Shown one piece after another: positions 1 to 10,029 of a stretch of DNA of 64,000 nt (position 1 is the first letter of the stretch; every line of letters starts with the position of its first letter). A program made the translations under genes and the position numbers. The stretch is from NCBI GenBank assembly GCA_028687915.1, contig JAQTZF010000001.1, positions 418,634 to 482,633 of the forward strand, in the 5' to 3' direction. This stretch comes from Candidatus Daviesbacteria bacterium (GTDB lineage: Bacteria; Patescibacteriota; Microgenomatia; Daviesbacterales; UBA10151). The notes beneath the pieces were generated by a model. The model was not told the DNA's origin and searched no databases. It was given only the letters and a program-made list of their open reading frames with translations.

Positions 1-2
1 TA

Positions 3-452
3 TACAGAGTACATCAATTTACTAAAGCAGAAATGTTTATTTATTGTACACCAGAAACTTCAGTTAAAATGCATGAATACTTACTATCTTTAGAAGAAAA
101 AATTTATCAGGAATTAGGAATTCCTTATCAAGTTTTGGAGATGTGTACAGGAGATTTGGGAGCAATGGCAGCCAGTAAATTTGATATAGAAGCCTGGATG
201 CCAGGAAGACAAGAATATGGAGAAGTAACATCTACCTCGAATTGTACAGATTACCAGGCAAGAAATTTAAATATTAAATTTAAACATGAAGGAAAAACTG
301 AGTTTGTACATATGATTAATGGGACTGCTATAGCAACCTCCAGATGTATTATTGCTATCCTAGAAAATTTTCAACAAGAAGATGGTTCGGTTCTTATTCC
401 TGAAGTTTTGCAAAAATATACTGGCTTCGACAGAATAATCCCTAAAAAATAA
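3..452 (+). CDS. serS: Seryl-tRNA synthetase, C-terminal part (5'-truncated by window edge)
   Basis: Frame is open from base 3 ([11 protein letters not shown]). Contains class II aaRS/SerRS motifs [34 protein letters not shown] and ENFQQEDG. Confidence 0.96.
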   Translation, partial: YRVHQFTKAEMFIYCTPETSVKMHEYLLSLEEKIYQELGIPYQVLEMCTGDLGAMAASKFDIEAWMPGRQEYGEVTSTSNCTDYQARNLNIKFKHEGKTEFVHMINGTAIATSRCIIAILENFQQEDGSVLIPEVLQKYTGFDRIIPKK

Positions 453-463
453 ATTTATTATAA

Positions 464-495
464 AAAAATACACCCTTTTAAGGGGGTGTATTTTT
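464..495. terminator. Probable bidirectional intrinsic terminator between serS and the convergent 543-770 gene
   Basis: Inverted repeat AAAAATACACCC (464-475) / GGGTGTATTTTT (484-495), giving a U-tract on either strand. Confidence 0.8.
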
Positions 496-542
496 ATTCT
501 CTACTTACTAGAAATAGAGAAGAAGTTTCCTATCAACCTTGT

Positions 543-770
543 TTATGCAACTGGTTGAGTTGGATCTGCGCTTTCTGCAGCTGGTGCGTCTGAAACTGGA
601 GCTTCAGGAGCAACAGGTGCTTCATCTCCTCCCATTACAGGTTCAGGTGTTTGGACTGGCTCTGTTACAGGAGCGTCTGAAGCTGGTGCATCTCCCATAG
701 GAGGCACTGCTGCTGTTTGATCATCTCCTACTACAGGAGTTACTGCTGTTGGATCATCTTGTGGATTCAT
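543..770 (-). CDS. Small acidic Pro/Ala/Asp-rich, probably disordered protein (75 aa)
   Basis: ORF preceded by a strong SD (AGGAGGTG at 776-783, minus strand) and followed by the terminator. Contains no K, R, H or aromatic residues. Confidence 0.8.
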   Translation of the reverse strand: MNPQDDPTAVTPVVGDDQTAAVPPMGDAPASDAPVTEPVQTPEPVMGGDEAPVAPEAPVSDAPAAESADPTQPVA

Positions 771-775
771 ATTCT

Positions 776-783
776 CACCTCCT
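776..783 (-). promoter_or_regulatory. Shine-Dalgarno sequence AGGAGGTG for the 543-770 gene
   Basis: + strand CACCTCCT lies 5 nt from the ATG at 770. Confidence 0.8.
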
Positions 784-834
784 TTTCTATGTGTCTATTG
801 TCTCTGAGATCAGAAATTAAATCAATAGCTTTGT

Positions 835-2124
835 TTAAGCTCTTCCAATACTGTGATAAATAAAACCTAACTTCCTAACTTCTTGTGGATCATAAATATT
901 TCTTCCATCAAAAATAATTGGCTTTTTCATAAGCCTTTTTATTTCCTCTAAATCCAGTTCTTTAAACTCGTTCCATTCTGTGATTAATAAAGCAGCTGAA
1001 GCATCTGTAACTGCTAAGTAGGGAGTTTCTTCGTATTGGATTTTATCTCCAAAAAGTTTTTTTACATTTTCCATTGCTTCTGGATCATAAACTTTAATTT
1101 TTGCTCCTTTATTAAGTAACATTTCTATAATCTTTATAGAAGGAGCCTCTCTAATATCATCTGTATTAGGTTTAAATGCCAGCCCTAAAATAGCTACTGT
1201 TTCATTTTTAATATTGCCAAGTTCTCTTATTACTTTATCAAAAAGTTTTTTAGGCTGATTATTATTAATTTCTTCAACAGCTTTTAATAACTTAAAATCT
1301 ATTTTTTCTTTTTCTGCAATTTTTATGAAAGCTGAAATATCTTTTGGAAAACAAGAACCACCATAACCTACTCCTGGATATAAAAATGCTCTACCCAGTC
1401 TTTTATCAAGACCTACACCTTTTAATACTGATTCCACATCAGCACCAGTACTCTCACATAAATTGGCAATTGCATTAGCAAAGGATATTTTTGTTGCAAG
1501 TAAACTATTAGCTGCGTATTTTGTCATTTGAGCAGATGTTAAATCACAAATAATTCTTTGTCCGTTAAAATGTTCATAAAGTTTTAATAATATATCAGCT
1601 GCCTTTTTACTATTAGTACCAATTATCACCCGGTCTGGTGTTTTGGTGTCTTCAACGGCTGAACCTTCTCTTAAGAATTCTGGACAGGAAGCAAACTCAA
1701 ATTCAGCGTCACTATTTTTTTTGATTACAGATTCAAGTTCTTTTTCAACTCCGATTGGGACAGTACTTTTAATAGCTATTAGAGTATAGTCTTTTAAATA
1801 TTTAGCTGTGCTTTCTGTTGCCTGGTACAAATACTCAAGGTTTGGTTCACCATTATTTTTTGGTGGAGTTCCAACACAAATAAAGACAACTTGTGAATTA
1901 GGAACTGATTGTTCATAAGAAGTTGTAAAAATTAACCTGCCTTTATTTAAATTCTTTTTTACTAATTCTTGTAAACCTGGTTCAAAAAAAGGAATTTCTC
2001 CCTGAATTAATTTTTCAATTTTTGATTCATCCACATCAACACAACATACTTTGTGTCCGAGGTCTGCAAAGACTGCCCCTGTTACTAGACCAACATAACC
2101 TGTTCCTATAACTGAAATATTCAT
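835..2124 (-). CDS. ugd: UDP-glucose 6-dehydrogenase
   Basis: GTGYVG Rossmann motif, ICVGTP, IKSTVP, PEFLREGSA, GYGGSCFPKD (catalytic Cys), GLAFKPNTDDIRE, FDGRN. Confidence 0.95.
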   Translation of the reverse strand: MNISVIGTGYVGLVTGAVFADLGHKVCCVDVDESKIEKLIQGEIPFFEPGLQELVKKNLNKGRLIFTTSYEQSVPNSQVVFICVGTPPKNNGEPNLEYLYQATESTAKYLKDYTLIAIKSTVPIGVEKELESVIKKNSDAEFEFASCPEFLREGSAVEDTKTPDRVIIGTNSKKAADILLKLYEHFNGQRIICDLTSAQMTKYAANSLLATKISFANAIANLCESTGADVESVLKGVGLDKRLGRAFLYPGVGYGGSCFPKDISAFIKIAEKEKIDFKLLKAVEEINNNQPKKLFDKVIRELGNIKNETVAILGLAFKPNTDDIREAPSIKIIEMLLNKGAKIKVYDPEAMENVKKLFGDKIQYEETPYLAVTDASAALLITEWNEFKELDLEEIKRLMKKPIIFDGRNIYDPQEVRKLGFIYHSIGRA

Positions 2125-2189
2125 AATCTAATGAATCATATTGTAATAATTGAGGTCTTGTCAACCTTAGTTCCAGTGTCTATCATAAT

Positions 2190-3218
2190 GTGTACATGAT
2201 GACTAAAAAGATTTTAGTAACAGGAGCCGGGGGTTATATTGGATCCATCACCACAGATTTATTGTTACAAAGAGGATTTAACGTTGTTGCAGTTGATAAT
2301 TTTTCCAAAGGGTATAAATCTCCTTTAGTTTATCTTCAAAATAAATATGGTAAAAATAAGCTAATTTGGTATCAAAAAGATTTAATTAAAGATAATTTAG
2401 AAGATATTTTTAAGAAAGAGAAAATAGAGTTAATAATTCATTTTGCAGCTTTGTGTAATGTGGGAGAGTCTTGGGATAATCCAGAATTATATTTTGGTAA
2501 TAATGTTGTGGGATTACAAAAATTAGCAGAAGCTGCAATTAAGGCTAAAGTGGATAAAATAATTTTTTCCTCAACTTGTGCAGTTTATGGAGATGCCAAG
2601 TACTTACCAATAGATGAAGATCACCCTTTAGCTAACCCCTCCAGCCCATATGGAGCAACCAAAAAGATGTGTGAGGAAATACTTAATTGGTACTCTAAAA
2701 CCGGAGCAATGAAGTATGTATTTTTAAGATACTTTAATGTAACAGGAGCTACTGCTGATGGTTCTTTGGGTGACTCCAAGAATCCATCTTTTCATCTAAT
2801 ACAGAATGCTGTCAGAGGGGCTTTAGGATTAGCTCCTTTTGAATTAAACTATGCTTCAGTTAACACTCCTGATGGTTCACCTATTCGTGATTATGTTAAT
2901 GTGGTTGACTTAGCAGAAGCACATATTAAAGCTGCAGATTATTTATTAAAAGATGATAGTGAAAGTAATATATTTAATTTGGGAACAGGGGCTGGTAATT
3001 CAGTATTAGAAATTGTTAGTCTTGTTAAAGAAAAAACAGGTGTGGATTTTGAAGTTAATCCTGCCAAAGACAGAAGAAAAGGGGAGGCAGATAAAATGAT
3101 AGCAGACATTACAAAAATTGGAAAAGTTTTAGACTGGAAGCCAACACATACTTTAGAGCAAAGCATTGAGTCATTGATTAAGTGGTATAAAAAATATCCC
3201 AAGGGTTGGAATAATTAA
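2190..3218 (+). CDS. galE: UDP-glucose 4-epimerase (start may be ATG 2196 or 2199)
   Basis: TGAGGYIGS, FSSTCAVYG, YGATK (YxxxK), LRYFNVTGA, TPDGSPIRDYV, FNLGTG. Confidence 0.92.
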   Translation: MYMMTKKILVTGAGGYIGSITTDLLLQRGFNVVAVDNFSKGYKSPLVYLQNKYGKNKLIWYQKDLIKDNLEDIFKKEKIELIIHFAALCNVGESWDNPELYFGNNVVGLQKLAEAAIKAKVDKIIFSSTCAVYGDAKYLPIDEDHPLANPSSPYGATKKMCEEILNWYSKTGAMKYVFLRYFNVTGATADGSLGDSKNPSFHLIQNAVRGALGLAPFELNYASVNTPDGSPIRDYVNVVDLAEAHIKAADYLLKDDSESNIFNLGTGAGNSVLEIVSLVKEKTGVDFEVNPAKDRRKGEADKMIADITKIGKVLDWKPTHTLEQSIESLIKWYKKYPKGWNN

Positions 3219-4717
3219 TTAGTAAAACCCCACAGTGGTAGTAGCTGCCTATCTTTATCAGTACAAATATTTTTATTAGAAATATTATTATGAGGTAAAA
3301 TAACCCCAAACATTCCAAATTTTACTGATACTTCTTTTTCTGAAATAGTCCAAGGGGTAACAATATCATATACAGGGACATCTCCTCCCGGAGTAACAAG
3401 GTTTAAACCATTATGCCAAAAAAGATATCTAAAACCATTCGGAAAGCCCTTATTTCCTTCAATATAATTAATGCCAATACAAGGATAATTATTTAATAAG
3501 GCATCATTTCTTATATATTCAATAGTTAATCTTTTTTGTAGATATCCACCTGGGTCATCTGGTCTATTAATAAGCCATGAAGTTACGATCAATAGATATA
3601 TACCACAAATGACTAAAGCAAGTGGAAGCTTTTTAAAGATACTGTTAATTTTGAATAGGAAAATAGATAAAACTAAAATGAAAATGATAAATAAATTATT
3701 TAAATAATATTCAGAGATAGACCGTTTAGAAAGAAATTGGCTTAGTAATGTAATACCCATCCAGGAAATTAAAATGATTGTTTGATTGCGAGTAAGCACC
3801 TTAATATAACCTGAGTATAAAATATAAATTAGTAAAATAATTGGCAAAAGAACAGTAACATTAAGAGAAAGATTTAAGGCGTTATTGTTTAAAACAAACA
3901 TACCGGATAAAGATTTCCCTGTAGCATCAAATGTTTTAATTAATCGTTCAAATCCTTTTACGTCTCCCCTATCTTCTTGAGTTGCATTAAGTAAGCCTTT
4001 AACTTGTTGAAAATTATGTCTTACTTCAAAAGTGACTAATGGTAAAAGTAAAGAAAATAGAATAAGGCCAGAAATAATTATGTCTTTTAAACTTACTTTA
4101 ATTTCTCTATTTTCTTTAGGGGAAAGCAAAAAACTTAGTGGTAAAAGTGCTAAGAGAGGTATAAAAGCAATGTGTACATGCCAAATAAGACCCAACAATA
4201 TTGAAAGTGGAATTAATGTTTTAATCTTTCCTTTTAATAGGGAAAATAATATATAAAGATACCAGGTAGTCCATAAAATTGTGGGTTGAGTAGGAACAAC
4301 CCAACGGTCTAAGAAAACAATTCCAGGTGAGACTGCATAAATAAATGCTCCAACTAAACCAATTGTTTTATTAAAGAATTTAGAAAAAACAAAATATATA
4401 CTAAAAATTGTTAACAGACTAAAAATTGTGGTAGGTATATTTGCACTCATAGGATCCATGTTAAATAGTGCAAAACAGATTGCTATTAGATAATAAAAAA
4501 TAGGGCCTATAAAGACACCGTTAACACTAGTTTCCTGGCCAATTAATCTGAAGTGGTGATCTGCAACAATATCTTTTGCAACCCAGGCAAAAAGGTCTTG
4601 GTCGTGACCAAATGGATAAAAAATCTCTAGTTTATAAATTCTAAAAAATAACCCCAATAAAAGAATGAATATAAGTAATGCTGTGGAGAGAGAGAAATGG
4701 TCTTTTAATATCTTCAT
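3215..4717 (-). CDS. GT-C-like polytopic membrane glycosyltransferase (ArnT/PMT_2-like), subfamily A
   Basis: TM1 ending in LFFR, loop with acidic motif GHDQD and IGQETSVNGVFIGPIFYYL, about 11 hydrophobic segments, soluble C-terminal domain. Confidence 0.75.
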   Translation of the reverse strand: MKILKDHFSLSTALLIFILLLGLFFRIYKLEIFYPFGHDQDLFAWVAKDIVADHHFRLIGQETSVNGVFIGPIFYYLIAICFALFNMDPMSANIPTTIFSLLTIFSIYFVFSKFFNKTIGLVGAFIYAVSPGIVFLDRWVVPTQPTILWTTWYLYILFSLLKGKIKTLIPLSILLGLIWHVHIAFIPLLALLPLSFLLSPKENREIKVSLKDIIISGLILFSLLLPLVTFEVRHNFQQVKGLLNATQEDRGDVKGFERLIKTFDATGKSLSGMFVLNNNALNLSLNVTVLLPIILLIYILYSGYIKVLTRNQTIILISWMGITLLSQFLSKRSISEYYLNNLFIIFILVLSIFLFKINSIFKKLPLALVICGIYLLIVTSWLINRPDDPGGYLQKRLTIEYIRNDALLNNYPCIGINYIEGNKGFPNGFRYLFWHNGLNLVTPGGDVPVYDIVTPWTISEKEVSVKFGMFGVILPHNNISNKNICTDKDRQLLPLWGFTN

Positions 4718-4729
4718 TTACATATAATT

Positions 4730-6265
4730 CTATCTGAAAGTTAAAGGATCTAAAAGGTCTGGATTAGTAGGTACCTTTATTTCTTCTGTATTTAAATAAT
4801 ATTTTTCAACCTGAATAAAATCCCAACGGAATGTTTGATTCGGGTTACGGTCAATTTTAATATCACTAATCCTCCATGCAAAACTATTAAGTTCTGGCCT
4901 GTCTTTAGCCGGAGCTACTTCAATTAGATAAGTAAGAGACTTTTTGGTAGAGGGAAAAGAATGTATTTGTGGATAAAGTTTTTGAGCATAAATCATAGCA
5001 TATCTTTGTTGATAGCCTAATCGATCAGGGGAATAATTGTAAAATCCAAAATCCTGGGAAGCATCCTGATAAATATTTTTAGCAACTTCTAAGTTGAAAG
5101 CCCAGCTATGAGGTCCTCTTTTATTTATGTTTAAGTCAAATGAACGAATAGCCGCTATTCCTGTATAAAAATTAATTATGTAAAGAACTAAAAATCCGGT
5201 AAAAAATATCTTTTTATTCATGTACTTAGAAAATGAACAAAATATAATGATGGTTAGCGGGATAAAGGGCCAAAAGTAGTTACCAATTTCACCGCTATAC
5301 CCTAAAGATATAATCCAAAAACTACTTAAAAGATAAAAAAATATTTGATATACTCCCCTTTCAAATGCTTGGCTTTTTCTAAAAGAGATAATCGAACCAA
5401 CTATAAATAAAATTGTAAATATTCCTGTAAAAATATTTTTACCTGGGGATAACATATCAAAGAAATTAAAAACAAATGCATTTAGACGGCTTAAAAGTAG
5501 GTCAATAATATTTAGCTTGTCTTGGTGAACAGTAATATATTGTATAACTGCATTAAGTTGTAACCAGTTATGTTTTAAATCAAAAAGTATAAAAGTAGAA
5601 AGAGGAATTATTAAAATTAAATAAGAAACAAAATGCCAAATCTTTTTTCTAATAAATAAGTAATACATTAAATAAAAAGTAGTACTTAAAAGAATTGGAA
5701 TTCCAAAAGCCATTTGGAATTGTATTATTAGACCTAAAGTAAATAAGGATAATAATAAATATTTTATTTTTAGATTTCTTATATAACTAATAAACCAAAA
5801 GAAAAAGAGGGGAGTTAAAAAAACTGCTCCATAGGGATTATAGAAATTTTTTAAACCATATGTAGGGTTCATAATTGAATTTACAGATAAAAGTAATATG
5901 GATAGTAGTGCTACTTTTGTATTGAATATCTTTTTAGAAACCCAAAAAACTAAGATAGTAAAAATAATGGATAATAAAAACCAAAACCAACCAACTGCTA
6001 CGGGGTTACCATTGCTAATAAAAAAGATTGGTGCGTTTATATAAAACCACAAAGGTCCATGAAAAACTCCTTGTATAGCACCAGAACGAGGACCGAGCAG
6101 TGTAAAATGATGGTTCTGAACAATGTCATTAATTACTAAAAAATCACGGGAGACATCCACATCATAATGAATATCTCCATTAATTAACCAATAGCTACTC
6201 AGTAAAATATTGATAGCAATTAATAGAAAGGCTAATTTTGTAAAATTTAGAGGAAATTTTTTCAC
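4730..6265 (-). CDS. GT-C-like membrane glycosyltransferase, subfamily A
   Basis: Loop motif DVDVSRDFL...LLGPRSGAIQGVFHGPLWFY, FILFDLKHNW, many TM segments, GTG start. Confidence 0.75.
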   Translation of the reverse strand: MKKFPLNFTKLAFLLIAINILLSSYWLINGDIHYDVDVSRDFLVINDIVQNHHFTLLGPRSGAIQGVFHGPLWFYINAPIFFISNGNPVAVGWFWFLLSIIFTILVFWVSKKIFNTKVALLSILLLSVNSIMNPTYGLKNFYNPYGAVFLTPLFFFWFISYIRNLKIKYLLLSLFTLGLIIQFQMAFGIPILLSTTFYLMYYLFIRKKIWHFVSYLILIIPLSTFILFDLKHNWLQLNAVIQYITVHQDKLNIIDLLLSRLNAFVFNFFDMLSPGKNIFTGIFTILFIVGSIISFRKSQAFERGVYQIFFYLLSSFWIISLGYSGEIGNYFWPFIPLTIIIFCSFSKYMNKKIFFTGFLVLYIINFYTGIAAIRSFDLNINKRGPHSWAFNLEVAKNIYQDASQDFGFYNYSPDRLGYQQRYAMIYAQKLYPQIHSFPSTKKSLTYLIEVAPAKDRPELNSFAWRISDIKIDRNPNQTFRWDFIQVEKYYLNTEEIKVPTNPDLLDPLTFR

Positions 6266-6311
6266 TTATTTATATTAGTATAAATAAGTAGTCTTATAAA
6301 TACTCTATACT

Positions 6312-9041
6312 TTAGTTTGGATAATGACATTTCTTATATTTCTTACCACTTCCACACCAACATGGATCATTTCTGCCTACTTTGTGATGAGAAACTTGTT
6401 GACCATCATCACCTAAAGTTTGTTCAGATACAACCTGGCCACCGCGTTCTATGGTAACTTTTGTTTCTGAGCCTTCTGATTCTAAAACTCTTGATAATGG
6501 TTTTCCTTCTGATTTTTCTTTTTCTTCTTCTACTTCTGTTTGAATTCCTATTTCTATTTCAGGGTGTCTTTCTGTAACTTGAATTTGTGAAGGTGGCTCT
6601 TGTCCCTGAACAGAGATTTTATAGATTCTATGAACTATTTCATAATCAATGTTTTTCATCATTTTTTCAAACAAATCAAAACCTTCTTTTTTATATTCAA
6701 TTAAAGGATCTCTTTGGGCATAACCACGTAGTCCTATACCAGCTCTTAGGTCATCCATGGTATCAAGATGTTCTACCCAAAGAGTATCAATGGTATTAAG
6801 GTAAACAAAAGTTTCCATTTGTCTGGCTACTTCTGCTCCTGTTTGTTTTTCTTTTTCCTCATATAAGTCATGAGCTAATTTTGTTAAAAATTTAGTAATA
6901 TCTTCTGCAGAATTTAGAGAAGAAACCTGAGTTTCTAGGGCTTGTTGTGAATTAGAATCAAAATTTATAATTGTGGAGAATTCTTCTACAATCTTGTTAG
7001 TATTCAATCCTTCTTGGGTATAGATAGTTACAATATCTAAAATTGCTTGGTCTATTTTTTGAAGTAAGTCTGTTTTTAATTGGTTACCAGCTTCTCCTTT
7101 TAAATTAGCTGATGCTTCAAGTACTGTTTTTCTGACACCATAAATAATTTGACGTTGTTGATTCATAACATCATCATATTCAACAGTTGTTTTTCTGATA
7201 TCAAAGTTGTGTCCTTCAACTTTTTTCTGGGCTGATTCAATGGCTTTGGAAACCATGGAATTTTCAATTGGCATATCTTCTGCCATTTTTAGAAAATCCA
7301 TTACTTTAGAAACTTGTTCTCCTCCAAAAATTCTCATTAAATCATCTTCAAGTGACACATAAAAACGGGATGATCCAGGATCACCCTGGCGTCCTGATCT
7401 TCCTCGAAGTTGGTTATCAATTCTTCTTGATTCATGTCTTTCTGTACCAATTACCATAAGACCACCTAGTTCTTTTACATTTTCATCAAGCTGAATATCA
7501 ACACCTCTACCTGCCATGTTAGTAGCAACAGTAACAGCTCCTTTTTGACCAGCTTTAGCAATGATTTCAGCTTCTTTTTCATGGTTTTTTGCATTTAATA
7601 AAGCATGAGAGATACCTTTACGTTTTAGAAGCTCTGATAAAAGTTCATTTTTATCAATTGAAGTAGTACCAATCAAAACTGGCTGGCCGGTTTTATGAAC
7701 TTCTTCTATTTGAGCGGCAACAGCACTGTATTTTGCATTAACTGTTTTGTAAATAAAATCAGGTTCGTCATTTCTAACAAGGGGATTGTTGGTGGGTATT
7801 ACAACCACATCTAACTTATAAATTTTATGAAATTCTTCAGCTTCTGTTTCAGCAGTTCCTGTCATACCAGCTAATTTTTCATACATTCTGAAATAATTTT
7901 GGAAAGAAATTGTAGCCATAGTTTGTGATTCTTGTTGAATTACTACATTCTCTTTAGCTTCAATTGCCTGGTGTAATCCTTCGGAATACCTCCTGCCTGG
8001 CATTAAACGTCCAGTAAATTCATCAACGATTATAACTTCACCATCTTTGACTACATAATCACGGTCTTGTTGAAATAAAGCTCTGGCTTTTAGGGCTTCT
8101 TCAACATGATGTAAAGTAGAGAAGTCTTTTTCATAGAGATTTTCTACACCAAGCATCTTCTCAATTTTTATAACCCCATGATCTGTTAAGTTTGCGGTTC
8201 TTTGTTTTTCATCAATAATATAATCTGTTTCAGATGATAACTTATCAATCATTTTGGCAAATTCGTAATATTTTTTGGTAGGTTCAGCCGCAGGTCTTGA
8301 AATAATAAGCGGGGTTCTGGCTTCATCAATTAAGATGGAATCAACTTCATCCACTACAGCAAAATAATTTCCTCTTTGGACCTGGTCATTTAATGAAAAA
8401 ACCATATTGTCACGAAGATAATCAAATCCAAATTCATTATTTGTGCCATATGTTATATCTGCACCGTAGGCTTCTTTTCGGGGAATTACTTTAAGGTGTT
8501 TTAATCTGGGGTCTGTATGTTCTTTATTAATATACTTAGCATCAAATATAAAAGCTTGCTCATGAATAATAACGGCACAACTGGCTCCAAGGGTTGAGAA
8601 TATTGGTCCCATCCATCCACAATCTCTTTGGGAGAGGTAATCATTTACTGTAACCAAATGTACGCCTTTTCCGGTTATGGAATTTAAGAATAAAGCTGGT
8701 ACAGCTGAGAGAGTTTTACCTTCTCCTGTTTTTTGTTCAGCAATTTTTCCTTCATGTAAAGCAATGGCAGCAATCAGTTGAACATCAAACAGTCTCATTC
8801 CTAAAGATCTTGATCCTGCTTCCCGGACTGCAGCATAAACTTCTGGCAGCATTTCATTTAATCCTTCTGGTGTTGGATTCTTTTGATAAAGTTTTTTGAA
8901 CTGTTGTGATTTTTCAGTTAATTGCTTGTCGGTTAACTTTTTGTATTTACTTTCAAGTTGGTTAATAGAATCAACTATCTTTGTTAATCGAGAGACTTCT
9001 TGTTTATTAGAATCTAAAAACTTTCCTAGAAAATTTAGCAT
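6312..9041 (-). CDS. secA: Preprotein translocase ATPase SecA
   Basis: KTGEGKT, VTVNDYL, VDEVDSILIDEARTPLIIS, GMTGTA, TNMAGRG, HESRRIDNQLRGRSGRQGDPG, C-terminal SEC-C motif GRNDPCWCGSGKKYKKCH. Confidence 0.98.
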   Translation of the reverse strand: MLNFLGKFLDSNKQEVSRLTKIVDSINQLESKYKKLTDKQLTEKSQQFKKLYQKNPTPEGLNEMLPEVYAAVREAGSRSLGMRLFDVQLIAAIALHEGKIAEQKTGEGKTLSAVPALFLNSITGKGVHLVTVNDYLSQRDCGWMGPIFSTLGASCAVIIHEQAFIFDAKYINKEHTDPRLKHLKVIPRKEAYGADITYGTNNEFGFDYLRDNMVFSLNDQVQRGNYFAVVDEVDSILIDEARTPLIISRPAAEPTKKYYEFAKMIDKLSSETDYIIDEKQRTANLTDHGVIKIEKMLGVENLYEKDFSTLHHVEEALKARALFQQDRDYVVKDGEVIIVDEFTGRLMPGRRYSEGLHQAIEAKENVVIQQESQTMATISFQNYFRMYEKLAGMTGTAETEAEEFHKIYKLDVVVIPTNNPLVRNDEPDFIYKTVNAKYSAVAAQIEEVHKTGQPVLIGTTSIDKNELLSELLKRKGISHALLNAKNHEKEAEIIAKAGQKGAVTVATNMAGRGVDIQLDENVKELGGLMVIGTERHESRRIDNQLRGRSGRQGDPGSSRFYVSLEDDLMRIFGGEQVSKVMDFLKMAEDMPIENSMVSKAIESAQKKVEGHNFDIRKTTVEYDDVMNQQRQIIYGVRKTVLEASANLKGEAGNQLKTDLLQKIDQAILDIVTIYTQEGLNTNKIVEEFSTIINFDSNSQQALETQVSSLNSAEDITKFLTKLAHDLYEEKEKQTGAEVARQMETFVYLNTIDTLWVEHLDTMDDLRAGIGLRGYAQRDPLIEYKKEGFDLFEKMMKNIDYEIVHRIYKISVQGQEPPSQIQVTERHPEIEIGIQTEVEEEKEKSEGKPLSRVLESEGSETKVTIERGGQVVSEQTLGDDGQQVSHHKVGRNDPCWCGSGKKYKKCHYPN

Positions 9042-9118
9042 AGGTTATATTAACTTGGTTATTATATAGGAAAAAGCAATCTTTGTATATTCAAAATAAG
9101 TCATCTTCTTTTCTAGTA

Positions 9119-9147
9119 TTGACTTTGAACTTTGGTTTTTCTACACT
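9119..9147 (+). promoter_or_regulatory. Putative sigma70 promoter for the 9169 gene
   Basis: TTGACT (9119-9124), 17 nt spacer, TACACT (9142-9147). Confidence 0.6.
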
Positions 9148-9168
9148 TAGATAAGTTAAAAACTGCCA

Positions 9169-10029
9169 ATGGACCAAGGAACTACTGACCCAAATAATCC
9201 AAACCCAACTACCCCAGGTCAACCTGTTGTGGCTGGTGCTGCACCTGTTGCTCCTGCTGATAGTCCAACACCTCCTGTTGATCAATTTTTTGCCAATCCT
9301 GCAAATGCAGCTGCTCCAGCTGCTGATCCTTCAAGTGCTCCTGGTAGTGCAGGATCTGCCTGGGCAAACCCATCTACTGAAACTCCTGCTCCGGCTGCAC
9401 CAGTTCAGACACCTGAACCTTCACCAAATGCTTTTGGTTCTGCTCCTGTCGCTCCAGCATCTCCTGCACCTGATGCAGCAGCTGCTCCAACTGCTTTTAA
9501 TCCATTTGCATCACCAACACCAGAACCTGCTGCCCCTTCAGTTACGGGATCTGAAGGTGCTCCAACAGATTTAACCAGTTTAGCTGGTAATTCAATGGAA
9601 GCTACTAACTATGTACCTACACCAACTGCACCAACTGCTGTTCCGGCAGGTGCCCCTGAATCATTAGTGGTTACACCTTCTGCTCCAACAGAAGCAGCAC
9701 AAGCTGTTACAGCCACAGGAGGTGGTGGGGGAATTCCTAAAATTATTTTCATTGTTGGTGGTATTGTTTTATTAATTGTAGTAGGGGCCTCTGCATTCTT
9801 TATTCTTGGAGTGGGTAAGCCTGCTGAGCCTCCTGCAGCTACTTCTGTTCCTGCCACACAACAAGCACCTATAGCTCCTGCTCCACTAATTCCTGCTTCA
9901 ACATCTTCAGCAAGTTTTTCAAATATTCCCGGGTCTACCACATCAGCTAGTCCAACAGCTCCTGCTGGTGGATCTGCTTATGATTTATTAAAGCAAAGAC
10001 AAAATTCTTCAGGATCAGCTAATCGGTAA
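9169..10029 (+). CDS. Pro/Ala/Thr/Ser-rich single-pass membrane protein, mostly disordered
   Basis: About 190 aa low-complexity N-terminus, GGGGG, one TM (IIFIVGGIVLLIVVGASAFFILGV), P/A/S/T-rich tail. Consistent CCT/GCT codon use supports coding. Confidence 0.8.
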   Translation: MDQGTTDPNNPNPTTPGQPVVAGAAPVAPADSPTPPVDQFFANPANAAAPAADPSSAPGSAGSAWANPSTETPAPAAPVQTPEPSPNAFGSAPVAPASPAPDAAAAPTAFNPFASPTPEPAAPSVTGSEGAPTDLTSLAGNSMEATNYVPTPTAPTAVPAGAPESLVVTPSAPTEAAQAVTATGGGGGIPKIIFIVGGIVLLIVVGASAFFILGVGKPAEPPAATSVPATQQAPIAPAPLIPASTSSASFSNIPGSTTSASPTAPAGGSAYDLLKQRQNSSGSANR

